Below are positions 37,161 through 51,282 of a stretch of 64,000 bases of DNA, in pieces. The notes under the pieces were generated by a model that made no database searches, was not told the DNA's origin, and worked only from the letters and a program-made list of their open reading frames with translations. The stretch is taken from the NCBI GenBank assembly GCA_964016885.1, contig OZ024743.1:47120001-47184000 (forward strand), in the 5' to 3' direction. Position numbers and translations under genes: made by a program. The stretch's first letter is position 1. Each line of letters starts with the position of its first letter. The DNA is from Eledone cirrhosa. Its lineage: Eukaryota.

Positions 37161-37979
37161 GGGAAATTGTAATAGTTTGGAAAACATTTCTTAAAGGGAT
37201 TTCAGAGTTTGTTTAAACAAACTCTGACATCGCTGAGTAGAGCTGTCACTCGTTGTAGAGGAGGAATTGGTAGTAGCACACTTTCACTTAGGGTTTCAGG
37301 TGTCGAAAGCAGACACAGACATCTTTTCGATCTTTCTTCCCTATTTTGATCTCGCTGAACAGCCAACATGTTAGAAATGAAATGAGTGAGAGTTACACCA
37401 ACACTGGGTTGTTACTTTCTTTATCGACCCCGAAATGATGAAAAGCAAAGTGAACATGGGCAAGATTTGAGCACAAATCGCAGACAGCTGGAACAAATGA
37501 CCAGCACTCTTACAATTCTGCCAAATCGATTGCCTTACAAAACAAAACAATAAAACATCCAATAGCCAATCAAATAAACAATAAAGAAGACCATCATTAT
37601 AGGTAAACTATAATTAATTTTGTCGGACAGTATATATAAATATTTATATACATACATACAAATATACATATATATACTCCGACAATGAAGTTTTATTTTT
37701 CTTATCAGTAATAATACCGACAAACCATCGTCAAATAAAAAAAAAAATGAAAAATAAAAGTTAAAAAAATAAATGGAAAAATAAACAACAAAAACAAAAC
37801 AGAAATTTCAGGATTAATTAAGGTACAATGTTAATTAATATTAATTGTTCATATTGTCTTTTGCTCTAGTCTGTAAATGTATGCATTCTCGTCAGATATT
37901 ACACGTTGAATATAATTGCATTATATATATGTTTTATATATATATATTATATGTAATTTATATATGTATATAAACATTC

Positions 37980-38049
<70 letters not shown>

Positions 38050-38130
38050 TTTATCCCGGGTTCAATCGAGGGTAGCCACAGTAAGTAAGGTACTCAATTC
38101 AAAGCAGAGTATAAATATTTAATATAGAAA

Positions 38131-38180
38131 GGCTTCTACAGGACTAGAACTGTTTCATTCGGTAGAAATCATCAGGAAAC
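38131..38180 (-). ncRNA. Type I hammerhead in fold-back element 38115-38232
   Basis: GUUUC CUGAUGA UUUC-UACC-GAAU GAAA CAG..CUG UA GAAGC. Same family as 27739. Confidence 0.75.
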
Positions 38181-38224
38181 TTTCCGAATGAAACAGTTCT
38201 AGTCCTTTAGAAGCCTTTCTATAT

Positions 38225-38310
<86 letters not shown>

Positions 38311-39003
38311 TGTGTGTATATATGAAATTTATGTATCTATGTATGCAAACTCTCAGCTGAGTGTTCAAGAGCAATGAAGTGTTTTTTCTGAAGAACAAAG
38401 GCAGCAGCCTGCCAAGGAATCCAACCGATGGTATTACGATCATATACCAAACATCCTAACCATTAGGCAATGCGACTGAACTATGAAATTGTACAAACTG
38501 ACAACTTCATATCTTTCATGCTCACCTGTAGTCTATTTCGGACAACATTTTCCAACGAGTCCTAGGTTTTTTTTCTTTTTCTTTTAAAGAATAGAGCAGT
38601 ATTGTGTGACCGGAGACAAATTTCGCTACCATTTCTAGCATATGAGTGAAAAGGTACAAATTATCTTTGTGATTCATTGTTGTTGCTATGGTATGTTTGG
38701 TGATGGTAGCAACATTATTGTTATTGTAGGTGAAGTAGGTACTATGATGAAAGCTATTCTACCTGTGACCGTCCAATCTTCCTTTTTTAGACATATTCTC
38801 TATAGAACAGTATTCTTGAATGTGTTCTCCGTTTCTAAAGATTAATACAATGTGACGTGATGAACATTTAGATTTTACTTTTGCGAGGTTGAATGAACAC
38901 GTGTAGCTTTGCTTTTCTTCAACAGTCCATTTTAAACCTTTTTTTCTGTGTGTTCTCACTAATATATTTCTATATTTATTCATCTATACATACACGCAAA
39001 CAC

Positions 39004-39041
<38 letters not shown>

Positions 39042-39399
39042 TGGGTCCGGTATATATATATATATATGTACACGTCAAAAGGACAAAATGGAGTAGAAGA
39101 ACAAGATCAGAACAATGATGAGAGACAAAGGAGCAGGAATAGTCTTTGAGGAGGTCACATATGTGTGACGACGAAAGAGCTTTGACAACTAACAATTAAA
39201 CAACCAACCGGTTATTAAACCGACGAATTAATTAATTACTCAACTGAAGTGAAACTCAACAGGTGCGTGTATTTTTATTGGCAGCATGACCTTCCCAAAA
39301 TATAACAACGCACACACATATATATAAATATATGCATACATACACATGTACACATGTATACACACACATACACGTATGTACACACACATACACGGATGT

Positions 39400-39439
<40 letters not shown>

Positions 39440-39454
39440 GCCCACACACGTGGA

Positions 39455-40510
39455 CATGCCTACACAGTGGAAAACAGCACAGCTCCCATGACTTTCGAAA
39501 ACAGTTTTTTCACGCTCAGAGTTGCTGAAGCATGGAACAAACTACCAGCATCAGCTATTATCTGTCAAGACACTGCATCCTTTAAAACCTCCATGGAACA
39601 AACTACCAGCATCAGCTGTTATCTGTCAAGACACTGCATCCTTTAAAACCTCCATGGAACAAACTACCAGCATCAGCTGTTATCTGTCAAGACACTGCAT
39701 CCTTTAAAACCTCCATGGAACACACTACCTGCATCAGTTGTTAGCTGTCGAGACATTGTATCCTTTAAAACCTCCATGGAACAAACTACCAGCATCAGCT
39801 GTTATCTGTCAAGACACTGCATCCTTTAAAACCTCTATGGAACAAACTACCAGCATCAGCTGTTATCTGTCAAGACACTGCATCCTTTAAAACCTCCATG
39901 GAACACACTACCTGCATCAGTTGTTAGCTGTCGAGACATTGTATCCTTTAAAACCTCCATGGAACAAACTACCAGCATCAGCTGTTATCTGTCAAGACAC
40001 TGCATCCTTTAAAACCTCTATGGAACAAACTACCAGCATCAGCTGTTATCTGTCAAGACACTGCATCCTTTAAAACCTCCATGGAACACACTACCTGCAT
40101 CAGTTGTTAGCTGTCGAGACATTGTATCCTTTAAAACCTCTATGGAACAAACTACCAGCATCAGCTGTTATCTGTCAAGACACTGCATCCTTTAAAACCT
40201 CCATGGAACAAACTACCTGCATCAGTTGTTAGCTGTCGAGACATTGTATCCTTTAAAACCTCCATGGAACACACTACCTGCATCAGTTGTTAGCTGTCGA
40301 GACATTGTATCCTTTAAAACCTCCATGCTTCCTGAGATTCGCCAACACTACACCTAATATTCCCCCTCCATACCTACGCACACATGTATATCATGACTCA
40401 TACACTATTCACCCTGACATTTGTATATTATTCTATGTACTATACATGCACCTTTGATGAGTTGTAGTGCACCTGAGCACTGTACACAATAATTTCATTA
40501 TCATTATCAT
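39455..40510 (+). mobile_element. CR1/L2-type LINE 3' end containing a 61-bp minisatellite
   Basis: FFTLRVAEAWNKLPASAIICQDTASFKTSM matches the CR1/L2 ORF2 terminal motif. 13 tandem 61-bp units at 39531-40323. Confidence 0.75.
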
Positions 40511-40743
40511 ATATATATATACATATACATGTGGAGAGTGAGTTATCAACTTATTTTTTTTTTATTTTATTTTCCTTACACGTGTTTCACTCCTGATTCG
40601 GTTCAAAGCCATTGATAATTACATATTTATGTAACGATAGGATTTGACTCATAAGGTTGTATGCTCCACAGATGATTGTTACATTGACATTTAAACGTAC
40701 TCTCGGAGTTCCTTTAACTGTTAATGTAACATTCCTTACAATA

Positions 40744-41341
40744 CAGTGTACTCCCGTCAATTCGCGGTCTCGGTTATTCACGGAATTTTTCTTAGAATCT
40801 AAGTAGTAATTGTTCGTGGAAACTGCCGCATATTCGCGGAATCCTAAATATCGTCCGCGATTTTTTATGGCTTTTTTCGTGGCAATATTTATATTTTTAA
40901 CGCTAAATTCTTAATAACAATATACCGTATTTGCCGGCCTATTGGACGCCCCTTCGCATAAGACGAATTATATTTTGAATTATATGTTATGTTATCTTTT
41001 GACGTTTATAGGCATTTTTATTGATCACGTCCAATATTCGTAGTTTTTCACTTTCGCAGGTGTTCTAGGGACGTAACAGCCGCGAATACCGGGGACAACC
41101 GTATACACTTTCGCAGGTGCTCTAGGGACGTAACCCCCGCGAATACCGGGGACAACCGTATACACTTTCGCAGGTGCTCTAGGGACGTAACCCCCGCGAA
41201 TACCGGGGACAACCGTATACACTTTCGCAGGTGTTCTAGGGACGTAACACCCGCGAATACCGGGGGACAACCGTATACACTTTCGCAGGTGCTCTAGGGA
41301 CGTAACACCCGCGAATACCGGGGGACAACCGTATACACTTT
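40744..41341. mobile_element. pogo/Tigger-like MITE with tandemly repeated right end
   Basis: Left end TA-CAGTGTACTCCCGTCAATTCGCGG. Five 57-58-bp units (41049-41341) each end CCGCGAATACCGGGGACAACCG-TA. Confidence 0.55.
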
Positions 41342-41920
41342 CTATTCAAGACTGGAAAAATCCTTTTATAATAAATTTTGTTTTCATATTGTGTTTTTAA
41401 GACATTTCTTTATACACCTTACGTTGTCTATCGGTTGCCCAACACGTTTTCGTAGGTCAATTGTTTTGAGGAGGCATAAGGTCAGGTAGTCTGTAGCTCC
41501 TAAACCTCAGGAAAAATAAAATTAGTGGAAGGGGTTAGAACCCGGCAACTTTACATTAGGTTATAGAGTTTCACGTGGTACAGAATGTCGAGAGTTTACA
41601 GCTTTTTTAGATTAAAAAAAAACAACATAGTTTCTAACTAGGTATGTTCAAAATAGCATTATTTAAACCCACCTAATGACATTTAGTTTCAAAATGTTAC
41701 CTTTAAAGTATAGTTTGTTTTAAAAAACATAACATTTTTTCAACATATGTTCTCAGAAATGTAAAATTTGATATAATGAAATATTTTGTAGTTTCGAAAA
41801 AAAAAAGAAAAAAAATACTAAGATTTCCAAAAACGTAAAATTCTTTGCAATATTTTTAGTTTTCAGAAAGAAAAAATTCCATACAACAATACTTATGTAA
41901 TTTTCAGACAACTTTACAAC

Positions 41921-41958
<38 letters not shown>

Positions 41959-42344
41959 TGCCCCCTCGTTATCGAGTATGGCCATTGCACGTTATACCAT
42001 TATTAACAATTATTAATTAATTCTATCGTGCAATGCCTGTGCGTGAAAATATTTTTTAAAATGTGGAAAGACTGTGCACTGAGCCAATCCCACTCTCTGA
42101 GCGACAGTAGCTATAACCCGAAAAGAAGAAAAGATCAACATCATCGGTAACTACTGAGCCACAGGTTTTATGTCGGAGTTATCCCAGTTTCCTGAGTTGC
42201 CTTCTTCTAGAAGAATGCCCTGACAAAGGCTAGGGGTCCTTTACTCCCAGTGGTTTAACCGCGCGATCGGGTGTCCAGCCCGACTATTTCTATGTCCCCC
42301 CCCCCCCACACACAACCATTAATATATATATATATATATATAAA

Positions 42345-42390
<46 letters not shown>

Positions 42391-42543
42391 CGAAGGAAGT
42401 GTGGTAAGGAACCAGGTTGACCATAACGCACCAGAGTACTCAATACTTAGGGTAATAGGTAATAGGAAAATGTTCAAGACCCCGACGGTAGAGCTCCCGT
42501 CGAAACGGCTTGAGCTCTGCCGTCGGGGTCTTGAAGGTTTTCC

Positions 42544-42640
<97 letters not shown>

Positions 42641-43091
42641 CAATAAAGTGTTTGTTTCAGTCCAAGATAATGCCCCTTTGGTCACATCTAGATGTATGTC
42701 TGTAGATTACATCTGTAAGTCATCCAATCTGGTCACAGATAAATGTTCAACAAAAACAAAAGCACAAAGAGAACAACAATAACAAATTAGATTCTATAAA
42801 AACAGCAAGTGAAATACAGGGAGAAAATTAATTCCTTCATGCACTTTTATAGTTAATATTCTTGGTTTTCAGCATGACGAGTGGGGTTCGATTCTCGTCA
42901 TCAGAGGAACCAGCCTTTATCATTTTTTTTTTTTTTTTTTACAGCTGTGCTCCAGTATGTCCGCTATCAGTTACTGAAACCGACAAAAGAGTAATAGAAA
43001 ATATGTTATACATATAGGTGTCTGTGTGTGTGTCTGTGTCTGTGTGTGTTTGTGTGTCTGTGTGTTTCTGTGTGTGTGTATGTCTGTGTGT

Positions 43092-43128
<37 letters not shown>

Positions 43129-43938
43129 TGTGTGTGTGTCTGCGTGTCTGCGTGTGTGTGTGTCTCTCTCTCTCTCTGTGTGTGTGTGTCTGTGTGTGTC
43201 TGTGTGTGTCTGTGTCTGTCTGTGTGTGTGTGTGTGTCTCTGTGTCTCTGTGTCTGTGTGTGTGTGTGTGTCTGTGTGTGTGTGTGTGTGTGTGTCTGTG
43301 TCTGTGTTTGTCTGTGTGTGAGTGTGTGTGTGTGTCTGTGTCTGTGTGTGTGTGTGTGAGTGTGTGTTTGTCTGTGTGTGTGTGTGTCTGTGTCTGTGTG
43401 TCTGTGTGTGTGTGTCTGTTTGATAGATTCTTTCAGTTTTCTAACAAACATTCCCCAACATTCCTCACAAGATATATAATCTGCTTCCATTAGATTTCCT
43501 ACTACTACTCATTCTGAGTTCAAATCCCGCCGAGGTTAACTTTGCCTTTCATCCTTACGGGGTCGATAAAATATAGTACCAGTAATACACTGAGGTAATA
43601 GCTGGCCTTGTGCCAAAAGTAGAAACAATTATTATTATTATTAATTGGCTTTTGATTTAAGCACAAGCCAACAATTTTGGGGATGAGGAAAGTTGATTAT
43701 ATCAACCTCAGTTCTTGATTGCTATTGTGTTTTATCGATTTCCGATGGTTAAAAGGGAAATTTTACCTCATATAACAATCGTTTCTACTTTTGGCACAAG
43801 GCCAGCAATTACCCCAGTGCATTACTGGTACTTTACTTTATATAATAATGAACAATAACGCTAAGAGTTATAATGATTATTTTTTTATCACTACCATCGT
43901 CATTGTAATCATTATTGTAGTAGTAGTAGTAGTAGTAA

Positions 43939-44025
<87 letters not shown>

Positions 44026-44127
44026 AAGAGTTTGACATGTCTCTTATATATATATTTCTTTATGTGTGTGTGTAGAAATGAATTTTCCCACTCATCTCTT
44101 TGCCATGAAAGTTAAAGGGATGGAAGT

Positions 44128-44578
44128 TCATTTTAAAATCTGTCGAGTGATCCTCTTCAGCCACTTGTAGTACTGACCAACATTTGTATAGACACCAAAT
44201 GTGTTGCTTTGATCGCAGTTATATCCCCAAGATACGATACCAACAAACGCCCAGCGTTTAGATTGGTGCAGTAATACACTATAAGGACCACCGCTATCTC
44301 CTTTGCACGAATCTGCTCGATAAACGTCATAAAATCCAGCGCAGAACATATTCTTCGTTATGTTGTGACCTTTGATTAGACTCTTCCGACATTTATGATC
44401 AGATACGTAAGGTAGCTTGACTTCATGAAGATGAGAAGAAGTATAACTGAACGCTGTCCCGCCACATCCAACCACTGTTCCGTAGGATCCTTCTAAGAAG
44501 CTGGCCTCTTCAATTAATTCATTGTCCACCAAACACAATGGATGAATATTCGAATTGAACACTAGTATTTCTTTCAAT
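44128..44578 (-). CDS. Mosaic serine protease, last exon (trypsin domain C-terminal half)
   Basis: IHPLCL, MFCAG, ADSCKGDSGGP (catalytic Ser, Asp189), GIVSWG and GVYT motifs. Stop at 44128. Phase matches the upstream exon. Confidence 0.95.
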
Positions 44579-44659
44579 CTGCAAAATAAAATACACACCA
44601 TTTAGAAACTCCTCTACCACCGAAAAACTAGATTTTAAAAACCTACAGAACAAATCAAA

Positions 44660-45380
44660 CACTAATCAACAAGTTCCCCCAAAGCATTTGGGATGCCATC
44701 CAGTGCAGCCTGGCTTCAGACAGGCTCACGCGCCAGCCCGACCAGCACCGCCTTGCCTGTTTTCGTGCGGCCTCCAAACCCCACAGTGGTGCCTGACTCC
44801 ATGCCCTGCCCTCCTTCTCCACTGGCACGCAGCTGGATAACAATAGCCTGCGCATCGGCGTTTCCTTGAGGCTTGGCCTCCGGATCTGCGAGCCACACCA
44901 ATGTCGCTGTGGTTCCGCCGTGGACTCTTCCGGCCTCCACCCGCTTTCCTGTTGCCACAGTGCCTTACACGCCATGCTGCCCTCAACGAGGTCATAAAGC
45001 ATGGCTTGGACGCTGCAGGCTTCCCTTCCCATCTCGAGCCGGTGGGGCTGGATCGGGGGGACGGAAAAGGCCAGATGGTATGACCATCTTCCCGTTCCGC
45101 GATGGCAATCCCCTCGTCTGGGATGCCACTTGCACCGACACTTTTTCCAGCCTGGTGCAGCCTGCGACTTACCCAGGTTCTGCTGCCCGTCGGGCTGAGG
45201 AGGCCCAACTCTTCAAATACCGCTCGCTCTCCGACAGGTTTGCGGTTGTACCCTTGGCAGTGGAGATTTCTGGTGTCCTCAGGCTTAGGGCTACCTCCCT
45301 ATTTACCATCATAGGCGCTGAGCTGGCCAGCCGCAGGTGTGAGCCTCGCGAGCTGGAATGGCTTTCTGGGGAGGCCACCA
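44660..45380 (+). mobile_element. CRE/R2-group non-LTR fragment in the last intron of the protease
   Basis: Cx[21 protein letters not shown] and [25 protein letters not shown] (Zn knuckle plus PD..D restriction-like endonuclease). Frameshifted. Confidence 0.8.
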
Positions 45381-45624
45381 ATATGATTGACTGACTTGTC
45401 ATTTTATCAGTAAATATGTCTTGGGTATGTAAAACTTAACAGAGCCCATACCTTCCCAGGTCTCACTTGGACATAAGTCCTTCTGCAGGAAATAGAAGGT
45501 TCAGAGAGAGATCAACAACACGTTTAATACGACACGCTAACAACTTTACCTGTTCACCAGCTGCAGGCCCAAAACTAAATAAAATAAAATAAAATAAAAC
45601 CCCAAAGTAAAAGAAATGACTTAC

Positions 45625-45845
45625 ATGATAATAGCAATGTCGTTATCATAGTTTGTCTTGTTGAATTTCGGATGTAGAATCCAATGTTTCATTTTAACCC
45701 TGATCCCACCGTGTCCAGAACAGTTATGGGTACCAACATATAGAAGGACGTTGGCGTTACTGAAGTTTTTAAAGGATTCGATACAGTGGGCAGCTGTCAC
45801 AATATGTCTTTTACTGACCAGAGTACCGCCACAAAATGAATGATT
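45625..45845 (-). CDS. Serine protease exon with catalytic His and Asp
   Basis: NHSFCGGTLVSKRHIVTAAHC...HPKFNKTNYDNDIAII. AG acceptor and gtaagt donor. Confidence 0.95.
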
Positions 45846-46034
45846 CTGACGAAATACAACAAAATATTGAAATGATAGTTTAGACTGCGTCTCAGATTAT
45901 TGATTTGACACGAGATATTATATACATAAATGCGATATTTGGCCCGATTCTTACATCCAGAGTTCAAATCTAGGTCAACTTTGCTTTTCACCTGTTTGAA
46001 CTCGATAAAGTACAGATCTAGTAGTGAAGTCGAT

Positions 46035-46066
<32 letters not shown>

Positions 46067-47137
46067 CTTCTTTCTTTCTCCCTCTTTCTCACACCTCTAT
46101 CTATCTATCTATCTATCTATCTGCCCATTCATTTCTATTTCTCGTGAAGAAATCGACTGCGTTCAGCCATGGAAAGGGAAAAGCATCGCCAAGTTTAAAT
46201 GTCACAACAAGCTTATTCTTTTCCCGGTCAATTACAGCCATTGGAAAGATATTTTGTCCGACATTCAGACGACACGGACCAACCCAATCTCCATTTTGAT
46301 ATCACAAGTAATAAATCTTTTAACATAGCTAACTAAAAATTAAAGAGCCCGCATGCGTCTGAAATACGTGTACGGAACTCAGTTACAACTCGAATGTAAT
46401 TGATGTGGTAGCTTAACGTTACTCTCCAATGCCCTCCGAGGTTCCTTGAGAATGGATAGCTTATTGGAAATATATTGGGAATAATAATAAAGTAAGGAGT
46501 GCGGGACTGCGTACGGTTTATTTCTTTTAATCCAGTTAGTAAAATAAGTTGGATTATTTTGAATAAATAATGAATGAATATTACATAATATATTTTATTC
46601 CTTATTTAAAGATTCACTTCTTTAAAATGTTCAAATGTCAACACTTCCGGTTAGCGATGGCTTAAATAAACATTCATATATTTCCGTTACTAATTTTCTC
46701 CTAATGCAGTTTATATATAATATCGTCTTTTTTTAATGTTTCATGGATTACGTTACTGATTACATAAGACTGTGTAACGCAGTCTTCGTTCAATTTCTGT
46801 GTATATTGTCAATTACTATTTTATTTGATGTATCATATATATATACTTGCGAATAGTATTAATATACACACTACACATGTATCAATAAACACACTACACC
46901 TTCGGGTGGTTTTTCTGCTAGTTCGGAATAATAAAAATTATCAATGTAACATCCAGATTCTCTCGTTTCTCCTTTTCCCTTCTCTTCCTTCTGTTCATTC
47001 TTACACTTTATCTTCCTTACTTGGTCTTATTCAATATTTGCAGCCTTGTTTGCATTGTAGCCGTTTACAAAATCTACCCATTGTTCAAATTTCATAATAC
47101 TTCAAGCAAACTAGAACTTATTTATCCAGTTTCTTAC

Positions 47138-47256
47138 CCTGACTGCATTAACGAAGATCGCAAACCAAGGTGCAGAGCCTTGTGCTGCCGGATACCCACT
47201 CTTGATTTTGGCTTCAATATTTTCTGTGTTTTTCGTAAAGATATTTTTACCACAAA
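47138..47256 (-). CDS. Serine protease exon: linker and activation site
   Basis: (V)CGKNIFTKNTENIEAK-IKSGYPAAQGSAPWFAIFVNAVR. CG linker, K/IxxG site and PW motif. Phases fit both neighbours. Confidence 0.9.
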
Positions 47257-48337
47257 CTGAAAATAATAATAAAAAATATAAATAAAATATCAAACAAGTT
47301 GAATACTATTTGAAATATTTGTTATTATTGTAACATTCTGTTAGTCTTTCTAAGGGGTTAACATGTTACAAAAGTACTGGCCTGTCTGAAAATGGTTTGG
47401 AAAATATAGTTATGTGTGTCTGGGATTTGTTTACAAACCACTAAATTCGTCTATTGGTTGTATTTGTTCCCTTATATATAAGAATAGCGCCTCTTCCACC
47501 CAATTTGATCAGATCATTTAAGGTTCCTCCCCTATATTTTCCATCGTACCTCTTAATTATTCTAGAGGACAGCAAGTTGGCAGAGCCGTTATGGTATCGG
47601 ATTAAAAATGTCTTGGTGTTTATTCTGGTTCACGGTCCTCTGAGTTCAAATCCCGCCGAGTTTAACTTCGCCTCTCACTCTTTCGAAGTCGATAAATAAA
47701 GTACCAGTCCAGTACTGGGTCGATTCTCCTTCTATATCTCGTTCTCACTTTCTCTCTCACGTTATCTCTCGCTCTTCACTGGAAGAAATCAGCTATGTTC
47801 AACCCCTACAACTCAGTGAGGAGCTAAGGGGCCCTGACATGGCAAGGAACCTCTTACTTCTAAACCTCACATACCCCGACTACCTTTTTCATTTTCTCTT
47901 CTCGTCAATTCACTCCTTCAACATTTAATTGCCTCCGAAATAAACAACGTCACTCCCCGCTCTCTCTCACTCACCTCTCATTTCTCTCAGAGACAGGACT
48001 TAAATGTTAGATTCTGCTTCTCTCGTGGCTCCTATATTTATCTAACCCTCCTGTAGATTACTTGTTGCCGATACAGACCAAGAAAACAGTTTCCTCAGAT
48101 TCAGGGATTTACCTGAACACATATTTATGTACTTTTCGTTCCACAATCTATTAATCTAAGAAATATACTAAGTTCAACATGTGTATGTGCATGTGTATGT
48201 GCATGTGTGTGTGTGTGTGTGTGTGTCTGTCTGTGTCGATGTGTCTGCATGTGTATATGTGTGTCAATCGCTCAACCTGTTTATCACTTCTTCAATCTGT
48301 CTGATAGTCACTTAATTTGTCAGTTGATCCCTAGATC

Positions 48338-48800
48338 TGTCAGTCAGTCAGTCAGTCAGTCAGTCAGTCAGTCAGTCAGTCTGTATTTCTGTCAGTCGGT
48401 CGGTCAGTCTGTATGTCAGTCAGTCAGTCAGACTGTATGTCAGTCAGTCGGTCGATTGGTCAGTCTGTTTGTCAGTCAGTCAGTCAGTCAGTCTGTATGT
48501 CAGTCAGTCGGTCGGTCAGTCTGTATGTCAGTCAGTCAGTCAGTCAGTCAGTCAGTCAGTCGGTCAGCCTGTATGTCAGTCAGTCAGTCAGTCGGTCGGT
48601 CAGTCTGTATGTCAGTCAGTCAGTCAGTCAGTCAGTCAGTCAGTCGGTCAGCCTGTATGTCAGTCAGTCAGTCAGTCAGTCAGTCAGTCAGTCAGTTTGT
48701 ATGTCAGTCAGTCAGTCAGTCGGTCGGTCAGTCTGTATGTCAGTCAGCTAGTCAGTCAGTCAGTCAGTCTGTATGTCTGTCAGTCGGTCGGTCTGTGAGT
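48338..48800. repeat. (CAGT)n compound microsatellite
   Basis: Direct inspection. Confidence 0.95.
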
Positions 48801-49016
48801 CTGTATGTCTGTCTGTTTGTCACTAATTCAGACAGTATGTTTGTCTGTGAGTCAATCAGTCTGTCCCTCAGTCAGTTTGTCTGTCTGTCTGCCACTAATT
48901 TAATCTGTCTGTGTGGGAGTCAGTTCCTCAGTCAATCTTATGTGTGTCATTAATCGAGTGCATTATAAAATGACATAGGAAATTTCCCGTTGCCATAGTG
49001 ATTAGTGGCACTTTAC

Positions 49017-49158
49017 CTTTATTAGTGGTATCTATTAGTTGTACTTCCAGGGACATCTCAATCACTGCGGAACATTGTGTGGGGCCAACAGCCATACATT
49101 TGTACTTTCCGTCATCAACTGCTTTCACTCTTCGGAAGATTATCGAGTCCGAATCAAT
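49017..49158 (-). CDS. Protease exon, second Ig domain C-terminal half
   Basis: IDSDSIIFRRVKAVDDGKYKCMAVG contains the DxGxYxC motif. Splice sites and phases fit. Confidence 0.9.
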
Positions 49159-49910
49159 CTATTAATGGACATTAAAAATAAAAAAAATTGAAATAAAAAA
49201 CCCGAAAAACAACAGCAATTGGTTGAGGCAGAACGCCAGGGGGACGACATATTTGAATGAGACATTCTTTGGTCGGTTTTGAAAGGATGAAAGGCAACAT
49301 GGACCGTGGTGAGAGTTGAACTCAGATCGTAAAAGGGATATTAAATAAATACAACAAAGCGTTTTATCGATTGCTCCACTGATTCTGGTAATCCTTTGAC
49401 ATCAAACATATTGATTCATAATTCTTTCCATATTTACCAAGAAATATTGGTTTCCCGTTGGTAGATTCGTTAACACGTTGGATTAAATGCTTCGCTGTAT
49501 TTGTTTCGGCTCTTCATAGACCACAGAGATAAACTTCGTTCTTCATCCTTTTGGGGTCGATAAATAAAGTATAAGTTCAAGCAAGGAGAAGCGGTGGAAT
49601 TGTTAAAAACCGTATCTGTTTCGGCTGTGGGTGCTCAAATCCCTCTTCCTCTCGCATAAAAAGCTGTAATGCTGTTGTCAGGATTTGTGCGCGGTAGAGA
49701 GTATCAGAAATGGATGACCAATAGAAACATAATTTACTTGGTTTGATCTTTCTTTTCTTTCATTTCTTTCCTTTCCTCAAAGTCGTATTTTGAAAAATGG
49801 AAGAGGGCCATAGTATATGATCTACAGAATCAAGGAAGATTTCCAAGACTCGAGAAAAAAAGGCCTACAAATATGGAAGAAAGAAACATGAATGATAAAA
49901 TATCCCTTAC

Positions 49911-50047
49911 GTATCTGCGGTGATTTGTCTTCAGCGGATGTCCATCTTTTAGCCAAGAAAACTGAATTCCTAAATTAGGCGTTACAGGACATGTTAGCAT
50001 TGAACTGTGGTTATAGATAATTGTACGATTCACAGCCTCCGTCGTAT
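49911..50047 (-). CDS. Protease exon, second Ig domain N-terminal half
   Basis: TTEAVNRTIIYNHSSMLTCPVTPNLGIQFSWLKDGHPLKTNHRRY (LxC..WxKDG). Confidence 0.9.
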
Positions 50048-50178
50048 CTGAAAAAATTTTAATATTTACATCATATATATATATATATATAAAACAAAGA
50101 GGGTGTGGTAGGATACCAGGTGGACCATAACGCACCAGAGTACTCAATATTTAGGGTAGTATATATATATATACACAC

Positions 50179-50225
<47 letters not shown>

Positions 50226-50404
50226 GAGAGGGGGGGAGGGGTAGAACACTGAAAGGTAATATCTGTAGTGGTAGAGCACTCAGTCCATGGGACAAGTTTG
50301 GTAGTAGTAACACAACAGTTATTTCACCATACCGAGAATAATTGTTTCACCTTATACGGATCTTCAATTGTTATCGGTATGGTGAACTAACTGTTGTGTT
50401 ACTA

Positions 50405-50471
<67 letters not shown>

Positions 50472-51169
50472 GTTTGTATATGTATAATAAAGCCAAAACA
50501 ATGCAGGTATGGACATAGAATAAAGAATGCAAATGCAAAAGATATTGTTGACAATTAGTCTTTTACATCAGATTTATTTAAATGTCCTTAATTTTCGAGA
50601 TAATATCTCTTCTTCGGAGGGAAGTAAAGCGGTTAAACCAGTGTTCTAAGGTAAAAGACTAATTGTCAACAATATCTTTTGCATTTGCAAACTTTATTCT
50701 ATGTCCATGCTTGCATTGTTTTGGCTTTATTATACATATACAAACGTTTATACCTCATTACACAATGCTTCAAGTGAACTATAACTTCCTCCATATATAT
50801 ATATATATAGTTGATAAATGAAACAAACAAAACACAGGAACAATATTACATAGTTATATTAGGTTCACGCTTGGTGGAAAAGGAGGAGGTTTCAACGTTT
50901 TGGACAGAAATCCTTCTTCAGCAAAGTTCGGATAAGGAGAAAACAGATACACGTATGAGTAGTGTGAGAAGGTTAGTGAAGGAAGTTAAGAAAAAAAAGT
51001 GATGATAGGGGGAGGTGGGTGAACGATCCTGTCTGGGGGATCAGGGTAAGGAAGTGGCATGGGTGTAGTTGTGTGTGTGTGTATCGAAGAGAAGAAATTG
51101 GTAGATGTGCGTGGCTTCAGTCTATGTGTCCCAGAGTCTTATATATATATATATGGCCACACAAACACG

Positions 51170-51282
<113 letters not shown>

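Noticed and set aside
39531-40323. CRISPR-like regular array (also 41049-41341 and 22690-23460)
   Set aside because: Pure tandem repeats with no unique spacers, no cas genes, and a eukaryotic context.
48207-48953. SQSV-repeat protein
   Set aside because: Translation of the (CAGT)n microsatellite.
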